DNA of 31,096 nucleotides, taken from NCBI GenBank assembly GCA_038153405.1, contig JAYOYH010000050.1, positions 1-31,096 on the forward strand. The letters are read 5' to 3'. The position numbers and the translations under genes are program-made. This stretch comes from Gemmatimonadota bacterium. GTDB lineage: Bacteria > Latescibacterota > UBA2968 > UBA8231. Below are positions 17,633-25,370 of the stretch, one piece after another. Numbering within the stretch: the first letter of the stretch is position 1; every line of letters begins with the position of its first letter. Under the pieces are notes generated by a model, which was not told the DNA's origin, made no database searches, and saw only the letters and a program-made list of their open reading frames with translations.

Positions 17633-18973
17633 ATGCGCATAGATCCGTCTATATTCAAAGCGTATGACATTCGCGGTATTTACCCCGAGCAGCTCGATGA
17701 ACGCGTGGCGCGCGCCGTTGGACGCGCGTTTGTCGCCCTGCTCAAACCTACAGAGGTGATCGTTGGGCGCGACATGCGCTTGTCCAGTCCCGCCATTAAG
17801 GAACGACTGCTGCAGGGTCTGACGGAGCAGGGCGCCGACGTCATTGACATCGGCATGGTCAGCACGGACCAATATTACTACGCCTGTGCAACCTTGCAGC
17901 GACCGGGCCTTATGGTGACGGCGTCGCACAACCCGCCGCAGTACTGTGGCTTTAAAATGGTGCGCGATATGCCCTACCTGCTTAGCGGTGATTCGGGCAT
18001 ACAGGATTTGCGTCGCATTGTCGAAGACGAGAGCTACGGCGAGCCGAGCCGCACGGGGACGGTGCGCACGCAGGATTTGAGCGCCGGCTTTGTCGATAAA
18101 GTGCTCAGCGTAATAGACCCGAACGAACTCAAGCCGCTAAAGGTCATAGCCGACACCGGCAACGGCATGGTTGGACCGAGCCTGAAGCGCGTGTTCGACA
18201 AACTTCCGGTCGAACTGACGGGTCTCTATCTCGATCCGGACGGGAGTCTGCCCAATCACGGTCTCGATCCGATGCAGCCGGAAAACCGCGCCGAACTCGA
18301 GCAGCGCGTCAAGGACGAAGGGGCCGATATCGGCTTCGCGTTTGACGGCGACGGCGATCGCTTTTTCGTCATTGACGATCGCGGCGATTTCGTCCCCGGC
18401 GATTTTATCACCGCACTGATGGGCTGCTATATGCTGGAGAAGTATCCCGGCGGCAAGATCGTCTACGACGTGCGCTGCTCATGGGCGGTGCGCGATATGA
18501 TCACGGCGGCCGGGGGCGCGGCGCTGATCGAGCGCGTCGGACACTCCTTTATCAAGCCGCGCATGTTTGAGGAGGGCGCCGTCTACGCCGGCGAGTTGAG
18601 CGGTCACTACTACTTCAGCGACTTTTTCGGTGCCGATTCTGGGCTGGTGCCGGCGCTGCTGATGTTGGACATGCTCTCGCAGCGCGGCGTCAAGCTGTCC
18701 GAGCTGCTAGATCCGCTGGCCTCGCGCTACTTCCTATCCTCGGAAATCAACTCGCGCGTCGACGATCCGCAGGCCAAGATCGCTGGTTTGGCCGAGCGCT
18801 ATGCCGATGGTCATATCGAGCACATAGACGGTATTTCCGTCAGCTATGCCGACTGGCATTTCAACGTGCGTGCTTCGAATACGGAACCGCTGCTGCGCCT
18901 CAACTTGGAGGCGTTGGACGCGAACGCGATGCGCGATAAACGCGATGAGGTGCTCGCGTTCATACGCGCATGA
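17633..18973 (+). CDS. manB: Phosphomannomutase/phosphoglucomutase
   Basis: FKAYDIRG, TASHNP (phosphoserine), FDGDGDR (metal loop), GELSGH and RASNTEP motifs. Confidence 0.95.
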   Translation: MRIDPSIFKAYDIRGIYPEQLDERVARAVGRAFVALLKPTEVIVGRDMRLSSPAIKERLLQGLTEQGADVIDIGMVSTDQYYYACATLQRPGLMVTASHNPPQYCGFKMVRDMPYLLSGDSGIQDLRRIVEDESYGEPSRTGTVRTQDLSAGFVDKVLSVIDPNELKPLKVIADTGNGMVGPSLKRVFDKLPVELTGLYLDPDGSLPNHGLDPMQPENRAELEQRVKDEGADIGFAFDGDGDRFFVIDDRGDFVPGDFITALMGCYMLEKYPGGKIVYDVRCSWAVRDMITAAGGAALIERVGHSFIKPRMFEEGAVYAGELSGHYYFSDFFGADSGLVPALLMLDMLSQRGVKLSELLDPLASRYFLSSEINSRVDDPQAKIAGLAERYADGHIEHIDGISVSYADWHFNVRASNTEPLLRLNLEALDANAMRDKRDEVLAFIRA

Positions 18974-19001
18974 GCCCCGTTGTCAGCGCGCGCACATAGG
19001 G

Positions 19002-19031
19002 CCTCTGTCGGCGTGCCGACAGAGGTTTTTT
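19002..19031 (+). terminator. Intrinsic terminator-like hairpin immediately upstream of the flippase start
   Basis: CCTCTGTCGG-CGTG-CCGACAGAGG forms a perfect stem followed by TTTTTT. Confidence 0.8.
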
Positions 19032-19036
19032 CGTAG

Positions 19037-20296
19037 ATGGCATTTCTGCGCAATTTTTCGCTGAACGCCCTGAGCACGGGGCTCGTCTTTTTTCTCGGCT
19101 TGCTCAACCAAATGCTGTTGGCTCACGCATTGGGCAATGCTAGCTACGGCCGCTTGGCGCTGTGGACCAACGCCGCTCTCATAGCTGCGCTGGTGCTGGG
19201 CGAGTGGATGCGGCGCGGCAGCACCTACGCGGTGGGCAGGGAGGCCATTGCGGGTCCGGCGCGCGACAATGCGCTGCTCTACGCGTTGGTCTTAGTCTGC
19301 GCGACATCGCTCATCGCCTGGGCAGGACGTGGGGTGTTGGTCGATGTGCTGGGCGAGGAGATCATGCGCTACTGGCCCCTATGGGCGCTGTTGACGACCT
19401 GCATCGTCTTGCAGCGCTGCGGACAGGCCATTTTGTTGGGGCAGGATCGCGTGCGCCCTTACGCGCTGGTGCCCATCGTCTTTATCGCGGTCTACGCGAC
19501 GGCCAACGGCGCGCAGTGGCTCGGGGGGCGGCTGCACATGGTCAGCGCTCTCTACGCCTTTGTCGCGGCGGCGGCGCTGGCGGCGCTCGTCGCCTTTGCC
19601 CACTTGCGCAGCGCGGGGCCCTTCAACTGGGGCGACCGCGCGCTGCTGGGGCGCACGTGGTCGGTGGGCAGCCGCGGCACCGTATCGGTCGTGCTGGTCT
19701 TTTTGCTGCTCAAGAGCGACCTATTTCTCATCCAATACTTTATCGATGACGCGGCGGTGGGCACCTATCGAGTAGCGGTGAACTTTGCCGATATGATGCA
19801 GCGCCTGCCCGATGTGGCCGGTGCCGTGCTATTGGCCAAGGTCGTGCGCGACGAGGATACTGGCCGTTTGAGCCTGCGGGTGGCGCGTGCCATATTGGCC
19901 TTTTCTGTGCTGGCTGCACTGGGTTTATGGGTGTGCGGCCAGTGGCTGATTGCGCTATTCTTTCCGGCCTATACAGCCGCCTATGTGCCCCTGCTGTGGA
20001 TGCTGCCCGGGCTGATTTGCCTAGGCGTTGGATCCGTTTTTAATACCAAACTGGCCGGTATGGGCTATCCCGCAGTAACGCAGTGGGCTCCGGGCGTGGC
20101 CTTTGTCGCCAATCTGTTGCTCAATGCCTACCTCATTCCGCGCATGGGACTGGAGGGCGCCGCCTTGGCCACGTCGCTGTCCTATGCGCTGTGGGTCCTG
20201 TGCATCGGGCGGGCTTATATGCTGCGCGAGCAACTGAACTGGCGCGATCTGGTGGGTTTGTCACCCCATCGCGCAGGAGGAGTAGAAAGCCGTTGA
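19037..20296 (+). CDS. Wzx-like oligosaccharide flippase (MOP superfamily)
   Basis: About 12 hydrophobic segments. Motifs LAHALG..SYG, KSDLFLI...AVGTY.VA and NLLLNAYLIPRMGLEGAALATSLSY. Confidence 0.88.
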   Translation: MAFLRNFSLNALSTGLVFFLGLLNQMLLAHALGNASYGRLALWTNAALIAALVLGEWMRRGSTYAVGREAIAGPARDNALLYALVLVCATSLIAWAGRGVLVDVLGEEIMRYWPLWALLTTCIVLQRCGQAILLGQDRVRPYALVPIVFIAVYATANGAQWLGGRLHMVSALYAFVAAAALAALVAFAHLRSAGPFNWGDRALLGRTWSVGSRGTVSVVLVFLLLKSDLFLIQYFIDDAAVGTYRVAVNFADMMQRLPDVAGAVLLAKVVRDEDTGRLSLRVARAILAFSVLAALGLWVCGQWLIALFFPAYTAAYVPLLWMLPGLICLGVGSVFNTKLAGMGYPAVTQWAPGVAFVANLLLNAYLIPRMGLEGAALATSLSYALWVLCIGRAYMLREQLNWRDLVGLSPHRAGGVESR

Positions 20297-21462
20297 AGGT
20301 GTTGCTCACATCGCGCCTCTATCCGAGTTCGGCCTATCCGGCACGCGGGACGTTTGTGCACAACCAGGCGCGTTTTTTGAGCGCACTGTGCGAAGTCGAG
20401 GTGCTGGCTCCGCTGCCCTATTTCCCTCGCATACCCGGTTTTGGTCGTTGGAGTACGTTGGCCGGCGTAGCCGATGTGGAAGAGTGGGATGGGCTGACCG
20501 TGCAGTATCCGCGCTACTTTTCTCCGCCGCGTCGCCTGCTGTTTGCGCGCGCGTGGCGCGCCTATTTACGGGCTTTAGAAGGCAGGGCCGCCTCGCTGTC
20601 GCGTCCCGATGTTCTGCATGCTCACTTGGCCTATCCAGACGGGCGTGCCGCCGTCGAATACGGCGCGCGCCTTGGTATTCCCGTCGTTATATCGGTACAC
20701 GGCCACGACGTGCGCGAGATCCCGCAGGCCAATCCGCGCTGGCGCGCCCTCGTCGCCGCAGCGCTGACGCGCGCCGATGCCGTTGTCGTCAGCAGTCGCG
20801 ACGTGCGCGAGCGCGTGTTGGAGTTGGGCGTGGCGCCGCAGCGCATATGGGACATTCCTCAGGGCGTCGACTGCGCGCGCTTTGCACTCCCAGCGGTTCG
20901 GCGCAGCGGAGAAGGCGGATGGCGCCTGCTGTATGCCGGTCGCTTTGACGCCAAAAAGGGCCTGGCCGTTTTGCTCGATGCGCTGCATCTGCTCTGCCAG
21001 CATCGCGACGACGTTTCGCTGAAGATGGTCGGGGCCAGCGCGGACAGCGGCACGGGCGAGGCTTTTCGTCAGCAGGCCGAGCGGCTGGGCCTGATCGACT
21101 GTGTCGAGTTTTGTCCGGCTATACCGTGGTCCGAAATGCCTGCCGTCATGGCTGAGCCCGATGTCTTTGTCCTGCCGAGTTTTTACGATAGTTTCGGCAT
21201 TGTGCTCATCGAAGCCATGGCCTGTGGCGTGCCCGTGGTGGCCACGCGCTGCGGGGGGCCCGAAGAGCTGGTCGATGCCGAAGTGGGGCGCTTGGCCGAA
21301 GTGGGCGATGCCGCTTCGCTGGCCGCCGCGATAGAAGATGTGCTGGAACACTATGCCAGTTTCGAACCGCATATACTGCGCCGCCGCGCCGAGGCATTCG
21401 ACTACCGCCAGGTGGCCGAATGCACGTTCGCTCTCTACGAAAGCGTCCTCAAAAAGCGCTAA
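20293..21462 (+). CDS. Glycosyltransferase family 4 (TuaC-like)
   Basis: TTG start overlapping the flippase stop, after AGGAGG. Motifs YP....GTFV, DVLHAH..YPDG, SVHGHDV and DSFGIVLIEAMACGVPVVAT. Confidence 0.92.
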   Translation: MKVLLTSRLYPSSAYPARGTFVHNQARFLSALCEVEVLAPLPYFPRIPGFGRWSTLAGVADVEEWDGLTVQYPRYFSPPRRLLFARAWRAYLRALEGRAASLSRPDVLHAHLAYPDGRAAVEYGARLGIPVVISVHGHDVREIPQANPRWRALVAAALTRADAVVVSSRDVRERVLELGVAPQRIWDIPQGVDCARFALPAVRRSGEGGWRLLYAGRFDAKKGLAVLLDALHLLCQHRDDVSLKMVGASADSGTGEAFRQQAERLGLIDCVEFCPAIPWSEMPAVMAEPDVFVLPSFYDSFGIVLIEAMACGVPVVATRCGGPEELVDAEVGRLAEVGDAASLAAAIEDVLEHYASFEPHILRRRAEAFDYRQVAECTFALYESVLKKR

Positions 21463-21466
21463 CCAG

Positions 21467-21489
21467 GCCGCGATCACGCGGCGTCTTTT
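21467..21489. terminator. Possible terminator hairpin between convergent GT4 genes
   Basis: GCCGCG-ATCA-CGCGGC stem followed by GTCTTTT; short and imperfect. Confidence 0.45.
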
Positions 21490-22598
21490 CAGTGCAAACG
21501 CTCATACAGCTGTAGCAGGTGTTCGGCCTGCGTCGCCCAGTGGTAGTGGGCGCGTGCCGCGCGCCGGCCGTTGTCTCCCATCCGCCGTGCCTCGTCCGGA
21601 TGTTCGCCGAGATAGCGCACGGCCTCTGCGATGCGCGCCTCGTCCTGCGGATCCACGCAGAGTCCGCAGTCGTTCTCTTCGACAATGCGGCGCAGGTTGG
21701 GAAAGTCCGAGCAGATGATGGGCAGTCCATAGGCCATATACTCGAATATCTTGGTCAGCTCTTTGCGCAGCGTGTGACGACCGGCGGGAAAAATGGCCAA
21801 GCCCGCCGTCCAGCGCTCGCGCAGGTAGTACTCCACTATGCGCTCATGTGCCACGAAGTGGCCCACGCCATCTATGTGCAGGCGTTCGCGGTGGGGCGCT
21901 GCCAATAGCTCTAATTGATCCGCTAGCGGCGGGTCGCAGCGTCCGACGAGAAAGACCTCTGCTTCTGGAAGTTGGTGGAGGATGCGCACGTGGTGCATCG
22001 CGCCGCGAAACGCCTTAACGTTGCCGGTGTAGAGCAGCCGTGCGCGGCCTAGCTGGGGGCGTCGTGCGAGGTGCTCGTCGTCGACGGCGGGCAGGCGCGC
22101 ATAGTTTAGCACGGCGCATCCGCGGGGAAAGCGCTCGGCGTAATAGCGCTCGGCCAGCACCTGTTGGAAGGGCCGTGCGGCGGCGCGCTCGAGCAAAGAG
22201 AGCGCGCGGGCAACCAGCGAGCGCACGGTGCGGGGGAGGTATTCCCTCTCTAATAAGGCGGTGCTATTGTCCTCGTGGATATCGTAGATCACGCGTTTGC
22301 CTAGCAGGCGCAAGAGGAGGGCGGCGGGAATAAACTCGGGGTCGTGGAAGTGGTAGACCCGACCGCGCTGGCGCAGGGCGGTGCGCAAGGCGCGCCACAC
22401 GCCCAGACTCATGCGCGCCCAGCGTCCCTCGGGACGTTGAAACGCGCATATGCGGACGCCGTCGACCGTTTCGTCGCGCTCGTGTGCGGCGACCAGCACG
22501 ACGTCGTAGCCGGCCTCGGCCAGCGTTTTGCACTCGCGGTGGAAAATGCGATTGTCAAAGGGCGAGTGCACGGTCGTTATGTGGACGATAGGAGGCAT
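21489..22598 (-). CDS. Glycosyltransferase family 4
   Basis: Start reassigned to MPPIVHITTVH (22598). Motifs DNRIFHREC, YHFHDPE, IYDIHED and TKIFEYMAYGLPIICSDFP. Confidence 0.9.
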   Translation of the reverse strand: MPPIVHITTVHSPFDNRIFHRECKTLAEAGYDVVLVAAHERDETVDGVRICAFQRPEGRWARMSLGVWRALRTALRQRGRVYHFHDPEFIPAALLLRLLGKRVIYDIHEDNSTALLEREYLPRTVRSLVARALSLLERAAARPFQQVLAERYYAERFPRGCAVLNYARLPAVDDEHLARRPQLGRARLLYTGNVKAFRGAMHHVRILHQLPEAEVFLVGRCDPPLADQLELLAAPHRERLHIDGVGHFVAHERIVEYYLRERWTAGLAIFPAGRHTLRKELTKIFEYMAYGLPIICSDFPNLRRIVEENDCGLCVDPQDEARIAEAVRYLGEHPDEARRMGDNGRRAARAHYHWATQAEHLLQLYERLH

Positions 22599-22766
22599 AT
22601 ATTCGACCCAATAATGGGCGATGAACAGACGGTGAATGGATGGTATAGTTGCGCGTAAAAAAGCGGATTCAACCCAGTACAGGCCATTTGCATTTAATAT
22701 CACAAATGACGAAAATATAAATAGATAAAGAAAAAAACTACGTATTTTAGGTCAATCTGAATTGAA
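22599..22766. promoter_or_regulatory. AT-rich divergent promoter region
   Basis: Strongly A/T-rich 22690-22766. Plus-strand TGGTATAGT (extended -10-like) at 22641-22649. Confidence 0.5.
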
Positions 22767-23912
22767 ATGTTAGCCACTGTTTTTTGGATCGCCATACTGT
22801 GGGTGGTATACGCCTATTTGCTGTATCCGCTGGTGCTGTGGCTGCTGTCGGCGGGCAGGGGAATTGCGCCGTGTGCTCCGCCCGAAGAGTGGCCGTTTAT
22901 ATCGCTGGTCATCGCCGCCCACAACGAAGAGGCGGTGTTAGAGGACAAGTTAGAGAACTCGCTGGCGTTGGACTACCCGCGCGAAAAGGTGCAGATCATC
23001 GTCGCATCGGACGGCTCTACGGATGCGACGGAGTCCATAGCCGACTCCTATGGCGAGCGCGGCGTGGTGCTGCAGCGGGTAGAGCAGCGCGGCGGCAAGA
23101 CGCAGGCGCAAAACGAAGCGGTGCGCCTGGCTGTTGGCGAATTCCTCGTCTTTTCCGATGCCAATAGCATGTACGAGGCGCAGGCGCTCAAGCAGCTCAT
23201 CCTACCCTTTGCCGATTCCGCCATCGGCTGCGTGTGCGGCGAACTGCGCTACACCAATCCACAGGGCGATGCGGCGGGCAAGGGCGAAGGCGTTTACTGG
23301 CGCTACGAGCAGTTTCTCAAGCGGCGCGAGAGCATGCTCTCTTCGGCGCTGGGAGCAAACGGTTCGATTTACGCACTGCGCCGTGAGCTCTTTGAAGAGC
23401 TGGACGCCGACATCATCAGCGATTTCATCATGCCGGTGCGCGTGTGGCGGCGCGGCTTTCGGGTGGTCTACGCGCCCAGTGCCATAGCCGAGGAGCGCAG
23501 TGGCGGCACCTTTGCTGACGAGTTTCACCGGCGCACGCGCATTATTGCCCGTTCGCTGCGCGGCCTGTGGTCGGAGCGCGGCGTCCTCAATCCCTTTGCA
23601 CACGGCCTATTCGCCGTGCAGATGTTCTCGCACAAACTGATGCGCTGGATGGTACCGCTGGCGCTGATTGCTGCATTGGTCAGCAGCGCCCTGCTGGTAG
23701 ATCACGCGCTGTACCGCGCGCTCTTCTTGGCGCAGCTGGCGCTGTACGGATTAGCCCTGCTGGGCCACCTACTGCCCGCCCAGCTCGGTCGGTTTGCCCT
23801 ATTTTACGTGCCGGCCCATTTTTGCGCTATAAACGCCGGCGCGCTGCTTGGTCTGCTTCGCTTTGTCTGTGGGCGTCGCTACCGCGTTTGGCAACCTACG
23901 AGTCGCGGCTAA
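22767..23912 (+). CDS. Membrane-anchored glycosyltransferase family 2 (CESA-like, PgaC/IcaA-related)
   Basis: N-terminal TM, IAAHNEE, SDGSTD, GGK..AQN, FSDAN, GANGSIYA, DF..P and EFHRRTRI motifs, plus C-terminal TMs. Confidence 0.9.
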   Translation: MLATVFWIAILWVVYAYLLYPLVLWLLSAGRGIAPCAPPEEWPFISLVIAAHNEEAVLEDKLENSLALDYPREKVQIIVASDGSTDATESIADSYGERGVVLQRVEQRGGKTQAQNEAVRLAVGEFLVFSDANSMYEAQALKQLILPFADSAIGCVCGELRYTNPQGDAAGKGEGVYWRYEQFLKRRESMLSSALGANGSIYALRRELFEELDADIISDFIMPVRVWRRGFRVVYAPSAIAEERSGGTFADEFHRRTRIIARSLRGLWSERGVLNPFAHGLFAVQMFSHKLMRWMVPLALIAALVSSALLVDHALYRALFLAQLALYGLALLGHLLPAQLGRFALFYVPAHFCAINAGALLGLLRFVCGRRYRVWQPTSRG

Positions 23913-25369
23913 TGTCTCTATTTCAACGCATTGTCCTCCTGCTGCTGGTCGATATAGCCGCCGTCAATATCGCCTCGATCATTTTCGTGTGGATGAAGTT
24001 TGCCGGCGGAGCCCTAGAGACCGTTGACCTGAGCTGGCAGCGGCTCTATCCGCAGGCCGAGAGCGGACCGACGTTTTGGTATGCCCTCAGCTATTATTCC
24101 GACGTTTTGCCGTTGATTGCCGCCTGCTGGCTGCTGCTGTTCTTCTTCTTTGGCCTGTATCGCCTGCCGCCATCGCATTCGCGCTTTGACGAGGGGCTCG
24201 AGGTCTTAAAAGGGGTGACGCTCGGCGTGCTGCTGGCCTTTGTCGCCACCTTTGATCACGGGGACATACGCATAACGCGCTTCCTGATCTTCTTCTATTG
24301 GCTGTGCTTGCTGTGTTTTACTGCCGGCGGTCGCGTGCTGGTGCGCAGCTTCGAGCGCCAGCTGCTGCTGCGCGGGATAGGTCGTCGCAAAACGCTCATC
24401 GTCGGCAGCGACGCGCGCGGTGCGCGGCTCCTGCACGATTTGCGCATGGTGCCCGACAGCGAGTTCCAAATCGTTGGCTTTGTGCGCGCGGCCGGTGAAG
24501 AAGAGCGCGGTGAAGTGGGCGGGCTGCGCGTGCTAGGCCAGGTAGATGATCTGGCGCGCCTGATTGTTGAAGAGCGGATCGAGGTCGTGCTCATTGCGCT
24601 GCAGTCGAATTCGCACGAAGAAATACTCGGCATTGTTGCCGCGGCCGAGGGACAGCCCGTCGCCTTTAGCATCACGCCCGATCTCTACGATATCGTCACC
24701 GGGCACGTGCGCACGACGCAGATCTACGGCGTGCCGTTGATGGAGCTCAAGCCCGAACTGATGTCGGTATGGGAACAGTCGGTCAAGCGCCTGATCGACA
24801 TCGGCGTAGCCGTTGGCATTCTGTGCGCGCTATCGCCGCTCTGGCTGCTGGTCATTGCTGTGATCAAGCTGACGTCCAAGGGGCCGGTGCTCTTTCGCCA
24901 AGAGCGCGTCGGCGTCGGCGGCAAACCCTTTACGATGTACAAATTTCGCTCGATGCGCATTGATGCAGAGGAGAAGACGGGACCGGTATGGGTGCAGGGC
25001 GAGGACCCGCGCGTCACCGGCATAGGCAAGGTCTTGCGCACGCTGCATCTGGACGAAATCCCACAGTGCATCAACTTTCTGCGCGGAGATATGTCGCTAG
25101 TTGGTCCGCGGCCAGAGCGCCCATTCTTCGTCGACCAATTTCGCGAGCAAATTCCGCTTTACATGCGTCGGTTCAACGTCAAGCCCGGACTGTTGGGTTG
25201 GGCGCAGGCCAAGCACGAATTCGACCTAAACTCCACCGACGTGGTGGGTATTGCGCGCGAGCGTCTCGAGTATGACCTCTACTACATCGAGAACATGTCG
25301 CTAAAGCTCGATATCAAAATCATGTTTCAGACGGTCTGGTTCGTGCTGGCTGGCAAGAGCACGCGCTAG
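23912..25369 (+). CDS. Priming undecaprenyl-phosphate glycosylphosphotransferase (WcaJ/WbaP-type)
   Basis: ATG overlaps the upstream TAA. N-terminal TMs and a Rossmann-like middle domain, then KRLIDI, KFRSM, DPRVT, LDEIPQ, GDMSLVGPRPE and YDLYYI. Confidence 0.95.
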   Translation: MSLFQRIVLLLLVDIAAVNIASIIFVWMKFAGGALETVDLSWQRLYPQAESGPTFWYALSYYSDVLPLIAACWLLLFFFFGLYRLPPSHSRFDEGLEVLKGVTLGVLLAFVATFDHGDIRITRFLIFFYWLCLLCFTAGGRVLVRSFERQLLLRGIGRRKTLIVGSDARGARLLHDLRMVPDSEFQIVGFVRAAGEEERGEVGGLRVLGQVDDLARLIVEERIEVVLIALQSNSHEEILGIVAAAEGQPVAFSITPDLYDIVTGHVRTTQIYGVPLMELKPELMSVWEQSVKRLIDIGVAVGILCALSPLWLLVIAVIKLTSKGPVLFRQERVGVGGKPFTMYKFRSMRIDAEEKTGPVWVQGEDPRVTGIGKVLRTLHLDEIPQCINFLRGDMSLVGPRPERPFFVDQFREQIPLYMRRFNVKPGLLGWAQAKHEFDLNSTDVVGIARERLEYDLYYIENMSLKLDIKIMFQTVWFVLAGKSTR

Positions 25370-25370
25370 T

